A DNA stretch of 49,929 nt from Clostridia bacterium (GCA_017381515.1 JAFOCB010000057.1:1-49929), one strand, 5' to 3'; shown: positions 1 through 10,294, counted from the first letter of the stretch. Notes: generated from the sequence alone by a model not told the origin. Numbers and translations are program-made.

Positions 1-1
1 C

Positions 2-208
2 GACGGCATGAAGGCAAGAGAAATGGATACCATCGTTACAGTAGCAATCTACGACGCTGATGGCAACCAGATTTCGAACCAGGTAACATACTCGGTTAAC
101 TCGTACGTATATAGCAAGCTCAACAACTCGAGCACTACACTGGTAGCACTCGTAAACGCAATGGCTAGATTCGGCTACGCTAACCAGCAGTACAACCTCA
201 ATAAATAA
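2..208 (+). CDS. 3' end of a CDS that starts upstream of the window. Beta-rich C-terminal domain, function unknown (possibly a surface or secreted protein).
   Basis: The frame is open from the window edge to TAA at 206-208. The translation ...TIVTVAIYDADGNQISNQVTYSVNSYVYSKLNNSSTTLVALVNAMARFGYANQQYNLNK has no recognisable catalytic motif. Confidence 0.5.
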   Translation, partial: DGMKAREMDTIVTVAIYDADGNQISNQVTYSVNSYVYSKLNNSSTTLVALVNAMARFGYANQQYNLNK

Positions 209-236
209 TACTTTTTAAAAATTTTTAAAAAAAGTA

Positions 237-265
237 TTGCAATTTAGTTTCTTATTTGCTATGCT
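237..265 (+). promoter_or_regulatory. Candidate sigma-A promoter for the small peptide gene
   Basis: TTGCAA (237-242), a 17-nt spacer, then TATGCT (260-265), about 45 nt upstream of the ATG at 311. Confidence 0.3.
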
Positions 266-310
266 GGGTGTAGTAAATGGATGTTTATATCAATTTTGGA
301 GGTGAATCAA

Positions 311-427
311 ATGTTTGAAATGCCGAAGATGGAAATGGTAGAATTCGAAGTAGAAGAAATTATGACAGCATCTGCTGAAGTAACAACTAGTTACTACTCG
401 GATCCGGACCTTGGAGAATGGGACTAA
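311..427 (+). CDS. Unannotated 38-aa acidic peptide: MFEMPKMEMVEFEVEEIMTASAEVTTSYYSDPDLGEWD
   Basis: GGAGGTGA at 298-305 lies 5 nt before the ATG at 311, and the stop is TAA at 425-427. An intrinsic terminator follows at 448-479. At 38 codons it falls below the ORF-track size cut-off. Confidence 0.5.
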   Translation: MFEMPKMEMVEFEVEEIMTASAEVTTSYYSDPDLGEWD

Positions 428-447
428 TTCCTAAGTGAAAAAATAAA

Positions 448-479
448 AGCGTAGGTTTTCGCCTACGCTTTTATTTTTT
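448..479 (+). terminator. Rho-independent terminator after the small peptide gene
   Basis: An 8-bp stem, AGCGTAGG (448-455) with CCTACGCT (462-469), is followed by TTTATTTTTT. Confidence 0.75.
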
Positions 480-559
480 ATTTATCTAAAAAGCCGTAAT
501 AATTTCAATTTTGTTATAATTTGTCACTAAAAAGAGTGGATTTTTTTAATAATAGACTA

Positions 560-593
560 TATAATTAAGATATACTGTATAATTAGATATACT
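560..593 (+). repeat. Tandem direct repeat, TATAATTAAGATATACT then TATAATTAGATATACT, just upstream of the lipoprotein gene
   Basis: Copy 1 is 560-576 and copy 2 is 578-593. They are identical except for one missing A, and each contains a TATAAT hexamer. Confidence 0.6.
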
Positions 594-600
594 ATAGGGT

Positions 601-1548
601 GTGAGAGAATTGAAAAAGGTTATAATTTTTAGTTTTTGCTTGGCTTTGATTTTATCACTTTTTTGCGGATGTAAAGAAGAGGAGATAGCTCCCGAGGTCA
701 CCAGCGTTGAAGAAGATGTGGAAGCTTTTGATGTTTCGTCGGTTAAGATTGATGAATTACCGACAGAAATGTTAAGCGAGGACCTTTCGAATTGGGATTA
801 TTTTAATCTGATTGCCGAGCTGCCGGACGAAAATGTCAGACTCTATGGACTTTCCGCAAATGACGATGGTACAGGCGTTATTTTTAGAAAAAATGACGAT
901 TTGTACTACTATAATTGGGCGTGGTTTACCACTCAAGCGAAGCTGCCGGAGATAGCCATGATTGACGTTGACGGCGATAAGCAAAAGGAAATTGCCATTT
1001 CGCTTTACGTTGATTATAATACAAATGTTTCGCTTGAAGAATTGCATGTAATTGCGTTTGAGTCGGGCGAACCGGTGGACAAGTGCTTTTCTGCCGATCT
1101 GATTGAGCAGCAGCTTTTCAGTAAATTTGACCTTCGTTTTGAAACCGACGAGGTAAAAGAAGAGGAATCGTCCTCCTCATCGTCAAAGTCGGAAGAAAGC
1201 TCAACTGCATCAATGTCATGGCTCATTGACCACACCTCCGACCTCGGAAAGCGAATCATTTTCGAGCAAAAGGCGGACGAGGTAAAGGAAGGTAAAAAGG
1301 CAAAAAAATACTTTACCTATGATGCTACGCGAATGGTCCGCGAAAACGGTGAGTACAACGGAATTACCGCGTATAAGGAAAATGTCGATTACACCCTTTC
1401 GGCAAAGAACGGAATTTCGATTAAGTTAAAGGTTGCTGCTGCATTCAAGGACAGTGATAAGATAAAGTTTATTTGCACCATCTCTGCACCCGTGACCATC
1501 GAAAATGGCGAATTTAAGCTCGGAACCTTAAAGTATTCGAATATATAA
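601..1548 (+). CDS. Putative lipoprotein of unknown function with a Ser/Glu-rich linker
   Basis: The N-terminus (M)KKVIIFSFCLALILSLFCGC has a lipobox-like FCGC. The start is uncertain: GTG at 601 or TTG at 610. An internal EEESSSSSSKSEESS linker is present. Confidence 0.7.
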   Translation: MRELKKVIIFSFCLALILSLFCGCKEEEIAPEVTSVEEDVEAFDVSSVKIDELPTEMLSEDLSNWDYFNLIAELPDENVRLYGLSANDDGTGVIFRKNDDLYYYNWAWFTTQAKLPEIAMIDVDGDKQKEIAISLYVDYNTNVSLEELHVIAFESGEPVDKCFSADLIEQQLFSKFDLRFETDEVKEEESSSSSSKSEESSTASMSWLIDHTSDLGKRIIFEQKADEVKEGKKAKKYFTYDATRMVRENGEYNGITAYKENVDYTLSAKNGISIKLKVAAAFKDSDKIKFICTISAPVTIENGEFKLGTLKYSNI

Positions 1549-1583
1549 CTATACAGGTCAATAAATTGCGAGGACTTATAAAT

Positions 1584-2207
1584 ATGAAGTGGCTTGATAT
1601 TTTTAAAAGAGCGGTTGGCGCAGGAGTTGCCATCGGAATTGGTGCAACCGTATATATTTCATGTGACAATAAGGTTGTCGGCGCGGTAATGTTTGCGGTT
1701 GGACTTTTTTGCATTTGCGCCTTTGGCCTTAATCTGTTTACGGGTAAAATTGGGTACATAATTGATAATAAGAATGACCCTGAATGCTTTACCATTTGGT
1801 TTGGTAATCTGGTCGGTATTGTAGCAACCTCTGCCTTGGTCAGAATTGCAAAGCCGCAAATGGTTGACGTCGCAGCCAAAATGGTCGAAAAGAAATTAGC
1901 ACTTTCGCTTCCGCAGGCCTTTATTTTGGGCATCTTTTGCGGAATGTTAATGTACCTTGCCGTTGATAATTATAAGAATTTTGATGGCACCTTTGGCAAA
2001 TGCTTGGGAATCCTTTTATGTGTGCCGACCTTTATTTTGTGCGGCTTTGAGCATAGCATCGCCGATATGTCATACTTCACCTTTGGCATCACGTCGGCAG
2101 ACCAGCTTTTGGACTCGTTTATTTTCATCGCCGTCGTATCGGTGGCAAACGGAATTGGCGCTCTGATAATCAAATTCTTGGCAAAGCCGATTGTAAAAAA
2201 ATCATAA
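1584..2207 (+). CDS. Short formate/nitrite transporter (FNT) family channel
   Basis: The translation carries FNT signatures LNLFTGK and CGFEHSIADMSYF and is polytopic and hydrophobic. ATG at 1584 is preferred over the TTG at 1566 used in the ORF track. The gene starts 36 nt after the lipoprotein stop, so co-transcription is likely. Confidence 0.75.
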   Translation: MKWLDIFKRAVGAGVAIGIGATVYISCDNKVVGAVMFAVGLFCICAFGLNLFTGKIGYIIDNKNDPECFTIWFGNLVGIVATSALVRIAKPQMVDVAAKMVEKKLALSLPQAFILGIFCGMLMYLAVDNYKNFDGTFGKCLGILLCVPTFILCGFEHSIADMSYFTFGITSADQLLDSFIFIAVVSVANGIGALIIKFLAKPIVKKS

Positions 2208-2212
2208 AAAAC

Positions 2213-2244
2213 ACAACCCTGTTGAGTAGTATCAACAGGGTTGT
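2213..2244. terminator. Bidirectional terminator between the convergent FNT and HD-hydrolase genes
   Basis: A perfect 13-bp stem, ACAACCCTGTTGA (2213-2225) with TCAACAGGGTTGT (2232-2244), has a 6-nt loop. It is flanked by an A-run upstream and a T-rich stretch downstream. Confidence 0.8.
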
Positions 2245-2256
2245 TTATTATTTATA

Positions 2257-2835
2257 TCAGTTCAGTTCGTCAAGTGATAACGAATACGCGGGCAAAAATT
2301 CATCGACAAAGACGTTGACAGCGGGGAGGTTCATTTCCTTAATTGCCTTCATTTGCGCTTCCTCAGCGGCGAGAAATTCGCGGTTTCCCGTTTTTCTTTC
2401 CTCGATGCATTTGATAACCGCGCTCAAACGGTCAGCTGCCTTGATAAACGGCTTGTATTCGTCGTCGCATTTCGGGTCGATGTATCCGCCGATTTCATTC
2501 TTCATATCGTCGGGAAGGTGATTTATTAGTTTTTTTGCCGCCGATTTTTCTGCCGCTTTGTACGCTTTTTTGAGGTCGGCGTTAAAATATTTAACGGGGG
2601 TCGGCATATCCCCCGTGAGAATTTCGCTCACGTCGTGATACATCGCCAAAACGGCTGCGTGCTCGGGATTGAGCTTGCCGCCAAATCTACTTTTATCAAT
2701 TATAACCAGAGCTTGTGCAATATATGCGGTGTCGAGAGTATGTTCGCTCAGATTTTCGGTATGAGTGTTTCGCATCAAAGCCCAACGATTTATGTATTTA
2801 AGTCGGGAAAGTATCGCAAAAAATTTACTTGCCAC
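2257..2835 (-). CDS. HD-domain 5'-deoxynucleotidase, YfbR-like
   Basis: The N-terminus ...LKYINRWALMRNTHTENLSEHTLDTAYIAQAL...MYHDVSEILTGDMPTPVKYF is typical of the YfbR family. The GTG start at 2835 is preceded by GGAGG with an 8-nt spacer. Confidence 0.8.
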   Translation of the reverse strand: MASKFFAILSRLKYINRWALMRNTHTENLSEHTLDTAYIAQALVIIDKSRFGGKLNPEHAAVLAMYHDVSEILTGDMPTPVKYFNADLKKAYKAAEKSAAKKLINHLPDDMKNEIGGYIDPKCDDEYKPFIKAADRLSAVIKCIEERKTGNREFLAAEEAQMKAIKEMNLPAVNVFVDEFLPAYSLSLDELN

Positions 2836-2989
2836 TTTATTTTCCTCCCATAGAAATAAAAAAGTATAAAAACTGCAAAAAAGTTAAGATTTTACTTTAT
2901 TATTATAACAAAAAATGTTATAATATCAATAATTATAATTAGTAGTAGTATGCGATTTTTAAATTTCGCTATATTAGGAGGCAGAAAAA

Positions 2990-5614
2990 ATGCTGTTTGC
3001 CAAGCAAAAGGAAAGATATAAGGAGTCATTTTTTATTGCTCTTTTTATCGCATTTATGTTTTTTATACCTTTTATATTGATGAACAAGGGGTATTTTCTG
3101 TTTTATGGAGATTTTGACGTTCAGCAGGTGCCGTTTTACAAGCTCGCACACAAGGCGGTAACAACCGGCGACATTTATTGGAACTGGAATACCGATTTGG
3201 GAGCTAATTTTATCGGTTCATACAGCTTTTATCTCATTGGAAGCCCGTTTTTCTGGCTGACGTTACCCTTTCCGAACGATATGGTTCCTTATTTAATGGG
3301 ACCGCTGCTTATGCTTAAATTTGCTTGCTCGTCGTTTACGGCATACTGTTATCTCCGTCGTTTTTGCCGAAGCAAGGACAATGCGCTTATAGGCGCACTC
3401 CTTTACGCTTTTAGCGGATTTTCGATATATAATATCTTCTTTAATCATTTTCACGAAGCTATTGTATTTTTCCCGCTTTTACTTCTGTCCCTTGAGCAGC
3501 TCGTATGCGAAAACAGAAGAGGATTTTTCGCCTTTATGGTATTTGTCTGCTCGATGACAAACTATTATTTCTTTGCGGGAATGTTTGTTTTTCTGTTCAT
3601 CTATTGGGTTATCAGAACCTTGTCGGGAAACTGGGAAATGAAATTCTCCACATTGGGAAAGATTTTGCTCGAAGGTATTTTGGGCGGACTGATGGCATGC
3701 ATAATTCTGTTCCCGAGCTATTATGCCATTATTCAAAACAGCCGTATAAAAGGTTATCAGGTCGGCTGGGGCGCAATTTTGTTTAGTAAAAATCAGCGTT
3801 TTTTGAATGTTATTCAGTGCTTTTTCTTCCCGCCGGACAATCCTGCACGACCGGTTTTCTTCCCCGATGCAGACGCGAGATGGCAATCTCAGGCGGGTTG
3901 GTTGCCACTGTTTGGTATGACGGGCGTTATCGCTTGGCTCCAAAACAGACGCAAAACATGGCAGAGAAGGATAATCATAACCCTCTTGTTTATGGCGCTT
4001 GTCCCGATACTCAATAGCGCATTTTATATGTTTAACTATGCGTATTATGCGCGATGGTTTTATATGCTTGTGCTAATGATGGCGCTTGTTACGGCTCAAT
4101 CGCTTGACCGAGCTGATTTCGACTGGAGCTCTGCATTCAGGTGGAATACGGGTGTTGTGCTTGCCTTTACGCTGGTCATAGGATTTTATCCGTCAAGTCA
4201 CGACAAGCTTATCCCAACCGATTTCGGCCTGTATAATAAAACCGCCCCGTATTATAAGACTCGCTTCTGGGTCACCTGTTTAATCGCGCTTGCAAGTGCG
4301 GTTGCGCTTATTCTCCTGTTCACTTTCAGGGGCAGCATTTTCGCTAAAAAGAAGCGCTCGGTCGGTGAGATTATCTACACGGTGAAAAAGAGGTCACCTG
4401 CCTTTACCACCATGTGTATATGTCTTTTGACGGCCATATCTGTTGGCTATGCGGGTATATTTATTTATTTTGGAAAGCAGTCCTCCTACGATGCGAATAA
4501 TTACGTTATTCCGGATTTAATTCAAACGGAATTTGAATTAGAGGACAGTGACAAATATCGAATCGACGTGTACGAGGGAATGGACAATACCGGAATGTTC
4601 CTCGGCATTCCCACCATTCAAGCGTTCCATTCGATTGTTCCCGGTTCGGTAACGGAATATTATGAGTTTATCGGAGTTGAGCGAGGGGTAGGTTCGCGTC
4701 CAGAACCCTCGATGTATTCCATTCGCTCATTCCTTAACTGTCAGTATCTCGTCGATAGTACAAAGAATTCGAAGGACTTTGATTCGTCGATTATGCCCGG
4801 CTGGTCTTATGTCGAGAAAAAGAATAATTTTGCCGTGTGGCAGAATGACTACTGCATCCCGTACGGCTTCACCTATGATTATTGCATAAGCGAAACCGAT
4901 GTAAAGAATGTTTACAAAGGCAACGAATCCCTTGTAATGCTAAAAGCGATGGTCGTATCGGAAGAAAACGAGGCAAAAATTTCATCCGTGTTAAAAAAGG
5001 TGAGGGAGCTTCCGAATGAGGATTTCTCATACAATGGATATTTTGTCGACTGTACCAACCGACGCGAAACCTCGATAAATAATGACTTTTCGGTTGACAA
5101 TCGTGGCTTTACCTCCACCGTGTCGCTGGATAAAAAGAATTATGTTTTCTACACCGTCCCGTACGAAGAGGGATGGACGGCTTACGTTGATGGTAAAAAG
5201 GTCGATATTGAAAAGGTAAACGTCGGATTTATGGCGGTGCTTGTCGGAGAAGGCGAACATACCATTCGCTTTGAATACATGACACCGGGACTCGAAATGG
5301 GACTTATTATTACCATGGTTGGCTTTGTGCTGCTGGTGATTTATATGACCGCGTTTTACGCCTATAAGCGCAAACATCCCGAAAAGGTTGCAGTCTGCTA
5401 TCCCGAAGGAGAAAAGCTGAAAAAGCAGTGGGCAGCGGAGGATGCAATTCTTGCCGAATATGAACGAGCCCTCGCCGAGAAAAGGGCGGCAGCCATTGCT
5501 GAGGCAAAGCTTAGCGAAACCGAGAGCGAGCCGGAAAAGGTACCCGAGGTCAATGACGAAAACGACCCTTTTAAGATTGATGATAATTTTGACAATGAGG
5601 AAGTGAAAGAATAA
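2990..5614 (+). CDS. yfhO: YfhO-family polytopic membrane glycosyltransferase
   Basis: An 874-aa multi-TM protein with N-terminus ...FIPFILMNKGYFLFYGDFDVQQVPFYKLAH, typical of YfhO. GGAGG precedes the ATG at 2990. The stop is 1 nt before the GT2 gene. Confidence 0.85.
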   Translation: MLFAKQKERYKESFFIALFIAFMFFIPFILMNKGYFLFYGDFDVQQVPFYKLAHKAVTTGDIYWNWNTDLGANFIGSYSFYLIGSPFFWLTLPFPNDMVPYLMGPLLMLKFACSSFTAYCYLRRFCRSKDNALIGALLYAFSGFSIYNIFFNHFHEAIVFFPLLLLSLEQLVCENRRGFFAFMVFVCSMTNYYFFAGMFVFLFIYWVIRTLSGNWEMKFSTLGKILLEGILGGLMACIILFPSYYAIIQNSRIKGYQVGWGAILFSKNQRFLNVIQCFFFPPDNPARPVFFPDADARWQSQAGWLPLFGMTGVIAWLQNRRKTWQRRIIITLLFMALVPILNSAFYMFNYAYYARWFYMLVLMMALVTAQSLDRADFDWSSAFRWNTGVVLAFTLVIGFYPSSHDKLIPTDFGLYNKTAPYYKTRFWVTCLIALASAVALILLFTFRGSIFAKKKRSVGEIIYTVKKRSPAFTTMCICLLTAISVGYAGIFIYFGKQSSYDANNYVIPDLIQTEFELEDSDKYRIDVYEGMDNTGMFLGIPTIQAFHSIVPGSVTEYYEFIGVERGVGSRPEPSMYSIRSFLNCQYLVDSTKNSKDFDSSIMPGWSYVEKKNNFAVWQNDYCIPYGFTYDYCISETDVKNVYKGNESLVMLKAMVVSEENEAKISSVLKKVRELPNEDFSYNGYFVDCTNRRETSINNDFSVDNRGFTSTVSLDKKNYVFYTVPYEEGWTAYVDGKKVDIEKVNVGFMAVLVGEGEHTIRFEYMTPGLEMGLIITMVGFVLLVIYMTAFYAYKRKHPEKVAVCYPEGEKLKKQWAAEDAILAEYERALAEKRAAAIAEAKLSETESEPEKVPEVNDENDPFKIDDNFDNEEVKE

Positions 5615-5615
5615 A

Positions 5616-6557
5616 ATGCCGATTTTGTATATTGTAATACCTTGCTATAACGAGCAGGAGGTTATTGGCGAAACTACACGCCGTCTGCTTATTAAGCTTG
5701 AGGAAATGATAATATCGGGTAAATGCTCGGATAAATCACGCATTTTATACGTTGACGACGGCTCAAAGGATAAAACTTGGGAGCTGATTACCCGAATTTT
5801 CAGTCAAAATGAGCGTGTCTGCGGACTCAAACTCGCGCACAACAGAGGACATCAAAACGCTCTGTATGCAGGGCTTATGACGGCTCGCAATTTTGCCGAT
5901 TGCGTAATTTCGATGGATGCCGATTTGCAGGACGATATTAACGTAATGGATGACTTTTTGGATAAGTTTAATGACGGTTGCGACATTGTTTACGGTGTCC
6001 GTTCGAATCGCGACACCGATACAAAGTTTAAGAAATTTACAGCGCAGAGCTTTTACAAGGTGATGAAGTTCCTCGGTGTCGAAACGGTGTATAACCATGC
6101 CGACTACCGCCTGATGAGTAAGAGAGCGCTTGATGCTCTGGCTCAGTATGACGAGGTAAATCTTTATCTGCGCGGAATTGTGCCCGACCTCGGATTTAAG
6201 AGTGACTGCGTTTATTATGAGCGTGGTGAGCGTTACGCCGGCGAGACAAAGTATCCGCTTAAAAAGATGATAGGTCTCGCAACTCAGGGAATCACCTCAT
6301 TCAGCGTAAAGCCGCTTACAATGGTCAGCGGACTCGGACTGATAATTTCTGCATTAAGTGCGCTTGCGCTGCTGATTTCGCTTATCGCGGGAATTTGCGG
6401 AGCGTATGTGACCATCGCGGTAATCCTTTCAACAATATGGCTTGCCTGCGGAATTATTACTACTTCGCTGGGTATTGTCGGTGAGTATGTGGGCAAAATT
6501 TACAGCGAAGCAAAGCGCAGACCGAAATTTATCCCCGAAACCTTTCTTAAAAAGTAA
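5616..6557 (+). CDS. csbB: GT2 polyprenyl-phosphate glycosyltransferase (CsbB/GtrB-like)
   Basis: IVIPCYNEQEV and DDGSKD motifs, a DAD(LQDD) motif and two C-terminal TM helices. Translationally coupled to yfhO. Confidence 0.85.
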   Translation: MPILYIVIPCYNEQEVIGETTRRLLIKLEEMIISGKCSDKSRILYVDDGSKDKTWELITRIFSQNERVCGLKLAHNRGHQNALYAGLMTARNFADCVISMDADLQDDINVMDDFLDKFNDGCDIVYGVRSNRDTDTKFKKFTAQSFYKVMKFLGVETVYNHADYRLMSKRALDALAQYDEVNLYLRGIVPDLGFKSDCVYYERGERYAGETKYPLKKMIGLATQGITSFSVKPLTMVSGLGLIISALSALALLISLIAGICGAYVTIAVILSTIWLACGIITTSLGIVGEYVGKIYSEAKRRPKFIPETFLKK

Positions 6558-6564
6558 AAAATGG

Positions 6565-6593
6565 TTGAATAGTTGACCACTGTATGATAATAT
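6565..6593 (+). promoter_or_regulatory. Candidate promoter for the GH57-like gene
   Basis: TTGAAT (6565-6570), a 17-nt spacer, then TAATAT (6588-6593). Confidence 0.35.
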
Positions 6594-6627
6594 CAAAAAG
6601 GTATTTTAATGAAAATTAAGGAGAAAT

Positions 6628-8022
6628 ATGATGAAAAACGGAATTATTTTCATGCCTCACGGAAACTTGCAGTATTCACAGCTCCCGATTGAAAAGAGAG
6701 CGTGGGTGTCACAGGTATCGTACGACAGGATTTTTGATTTGCCTGAAAAATTGGGTATAAAAATCGCCTTTGAAGCATCGGGCGAAACCCTCGAAATCGT
6801 TGCGAAGGAAACTCCCGAAGTAATGGCAAAGCTCATCAAGGGAATCAAGGAAGGACGCATCGAGCCGGTCGCTTCACCCCAGACTCATATTATGCTTGGA
6901 AATATCGATGCCGAAATCGGCTATCGTTCACTCGTTGAAGGACTCAACACTTGGGAAAGACTTACCGGTGTTCGTCCGACAACCGGTTGGAATCCCGAAT
7001 GTTCGTGGAATTCCTACATAGTTGATATTTATAAGAGAGCCGGATTTAAGACACTTATTGCCGATGCCGACTCATATTTCCTCTCGACCGTCGAAGGTGT
7101 GAGAGAAAAGACCGGACTCAAATTTGACGTTCGCGGCCACTCGAATAAGAATGAGCTTTTCAAGCTTGAGGACATTGTTGCAGGCAGCGACGATTTGCTT
7201 AAAAAGTTCACCCACGCAAACGTACTTCCCAACGGCTTGAAGGTTATTTTGCGCTCGGATATGCTCTGCAATATTATGCTTTGGTACCTTATGGGAGCCA
7301 CCGAAGGCAACCGTCCCAACCCCGTTACAATCGAGGAGGTTAAGGAGGTTCTCGCAAAGTGGCAGGCACGAATCGCCGAAAAGGGCGGCTTTATCATGCC
7401 TTATGCTGAGGATGCAGAATATGTTGGCACCACCGCATATTTCTATGTTAAGCAGTTCGGTCAGGCACGCTTCTTTGAAAGTGAACCTGCCAGCGCAGAT
7501 AGATTTGAGCAAATCCTTACCACCGCAAAGGAAATGGGCTTCGAATTTGTTACCCCGAGCGAAGCTGCCGAAAAATACGAGCTTAACGAAATTGATAACT
7601 TCGACGAAATCGAAACCGGCTGTGCTTGGCACGGCGGCACATCACGCGCTTGGGCAAATACTCCGTATTCGAGAATGCTCGACCCCGTGTGCAAGTCAAT
7701 TTTCGACGGACTTAAGAATGTTGCAGCCCATCTCGGCGTAGACCCGTACGAAAACGAGGCAATGAACGCCGTTATGAAGGCGGTTACTACCGCTTACGTT
7801 TCCGACGCTCGTTGGCCACCGGCACCGACATCTCCCGGACGCTTCAACGTTCGCGAGGCACTCGACGCTCTCTATAAGGCAAACGAAGGACTCAAAGCCG
7901 TTATGGAAGCCAACGGAATCGGTAACAAATGCTCGTTATATTCCTACAATATCATGCTCACTCAGATAAAGGCAATCGACGACGAGCTTATGGCTATGCC
8001 GTATTTCGAAGAAGAAAACTAA
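6628..8022 (+). CDS. Cytoplasmic glycoside hydrolase family 57-like protein. The family call is tentative.
   Basis: No signal peptide. The N-terminal FMPHGNLQYSQLP, plus GWNPECSW and PYAEDAEY, resemble GH57 conserved regions as I recall them. AAGGAG RBS; the start could be ATG 6628 or 6631. Confidence 0.45.
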   Translation: MMKNGIIFMPHGNLQYSQLPIEKRAWVSQVSYDRIFDLPEKLGIKIAFEASGETLEIVAKETPEVMAKLIKGIKEGRIEPVASPQTHIMLGNIDAEIGYRSLVEGLNTWERLTGVRPTTGWNPECSWNSYIVDIYKRAGFKTLIADADSYFLSTVEGVREKTGLKFDVRGHSNKNELFKLEDIVAGSDDLLKKFTHANVLPNGLKVILRSDMLCNIMLWYLMGATEGNRPNPVTIEEVKEVLAKWQARIAEKGGFIMPYAEDAEYVGTTAYFYVKQFGQARFFESEPASADRFEQILTTAKEMGFEFVTPSEAAEKYELNEIDNFDEIETGCAWHGGTSRAWANTPYSRMLDPVCKSIFDGLKNVAAHLGVDPYENEAMNAVMKAVTTAYVSDARWPPAPTSPGRFNVREALDALYKANEGLKAVMEANGIGNKCSLYSYNIMLTQIKAIDDELMAMPYFEEEN

Positions 8023-8038
8023 TTTAATTAAAAATATA

Positions 8039-8076
8039 AACCCAGCGTGTCCGAGATTGGATACGCTGGGTTTTTT
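8039..8076 (+). terminator. Rho-independent terminator after the GH57-like gene
   Basis: Stem AACCCAGCGT (8039-8048) with ACGCTGGGTT (8063-8072), followed by a T-run. Confidence 0.75.
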
Positions 8077-8091
8077 ATATTGTGGGGTTAT

Positions 8092-8127
8092 AAAAAAATA
8101 AAAACGAGCGGTAAAAAACCACTCGTT
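8092..8127 (-). terminator. Terminator of the tRNA-Arg transcription unit
   Basis: On the minus strand, ACGAGUGG-UUUUUUA-CCGCUCGU is followed by a U-rich tract. The stem is complete only on the minus strand, through a U-G wobble; the plus-strand equivalent is a C-A mismatch. Confidence 0.55.
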
Positions 8128-8131
8128 TTTA

Positions 8132-8208
8132 TGGCGCGCTTGAAGGGACTCGAACCCCTGACCTACTGGTTCGTAGCCAGTCACTCTATCCAACTGAGCT
8201 ACAAGCGC
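8132..8208 (-). tRNA. tRNA-Arg, anticodon ACG, with genomically encoded CCA
   Basis: The reverse complement GCGCTTGTAGCTCAGTTGGATAGAGTGACTGGCTACGAACCAGTAGGTCAGGGGTTCGAGTCCCTTCAAGCGCGCCA folds by hand into a 77-nt cloverleaf: a 7-bp acceptor stem, anticodon loop CTACGAA and T-loop TTCGAGT. Confidence 0.9.
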
Positions 8209-8226
8209 ATTTATTCGTGCCAAAGT

Positions 8227-8255
8227 ATAATATCACAAATAATATATAAATGCAA
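8227..8255 (-). promoter_or_regulatory. Candidate promoter for tRNA-Arg
   Basis: On the minus strand, TTGCAT (8255-8250), a 17-nt spacer, then TATTAT (8232-8227), about 19 nt upstream of the mature tRNA 5' end. Confidence 0.5.
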
Positions 8256-8297
8256 GTACTTTTTTAAAAAAATATAAAAAGCTTTGTTTTCACTCTA

Positions 8298-8326
8298 TTG
8301 TGAAATGGGCGAGAATGTGTTAAAAT
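8298..8326 (+). promoter_or_regulatory. Candidate promoter for the ABC-F gene
   Basis: TTGTGA (8298-8303), a 17-nt spacer ending in TGT (extended -10), then TAAAAT (8321-8326). Confidence 0.45.
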
Positions 8327-8357
8327 GGGGAATATCAATCAGAGAAGGACATGAGCG

Positions 8358-10256
<1,899 letters not shown>

Positions 10257-10294
10257 AAAAAGGACTTAACCCCCGTCGGTTAAGTCCTTTTTTT
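10257..10294. terminator. Bidirectional terminator between convergent genes
   Basis: A 10-bp stem, AGGACTTAAC (10261-10270) with GTTAAGTCCT (10279-10288), is flanked by an A-run and a T-run. Confidence 0.8.

Noticed and set aside
207-238. AT-only palindrome AATACTTTTTAAAAA/TTTTTAAAAAAAGTATT right after the first CDS.
   Set aside because: It could serve as a weak terminator, but it is almost pure A/T with a 2-nt bulge and no distinct U-tail, so it is not distinguishable from low-complexity spacer.
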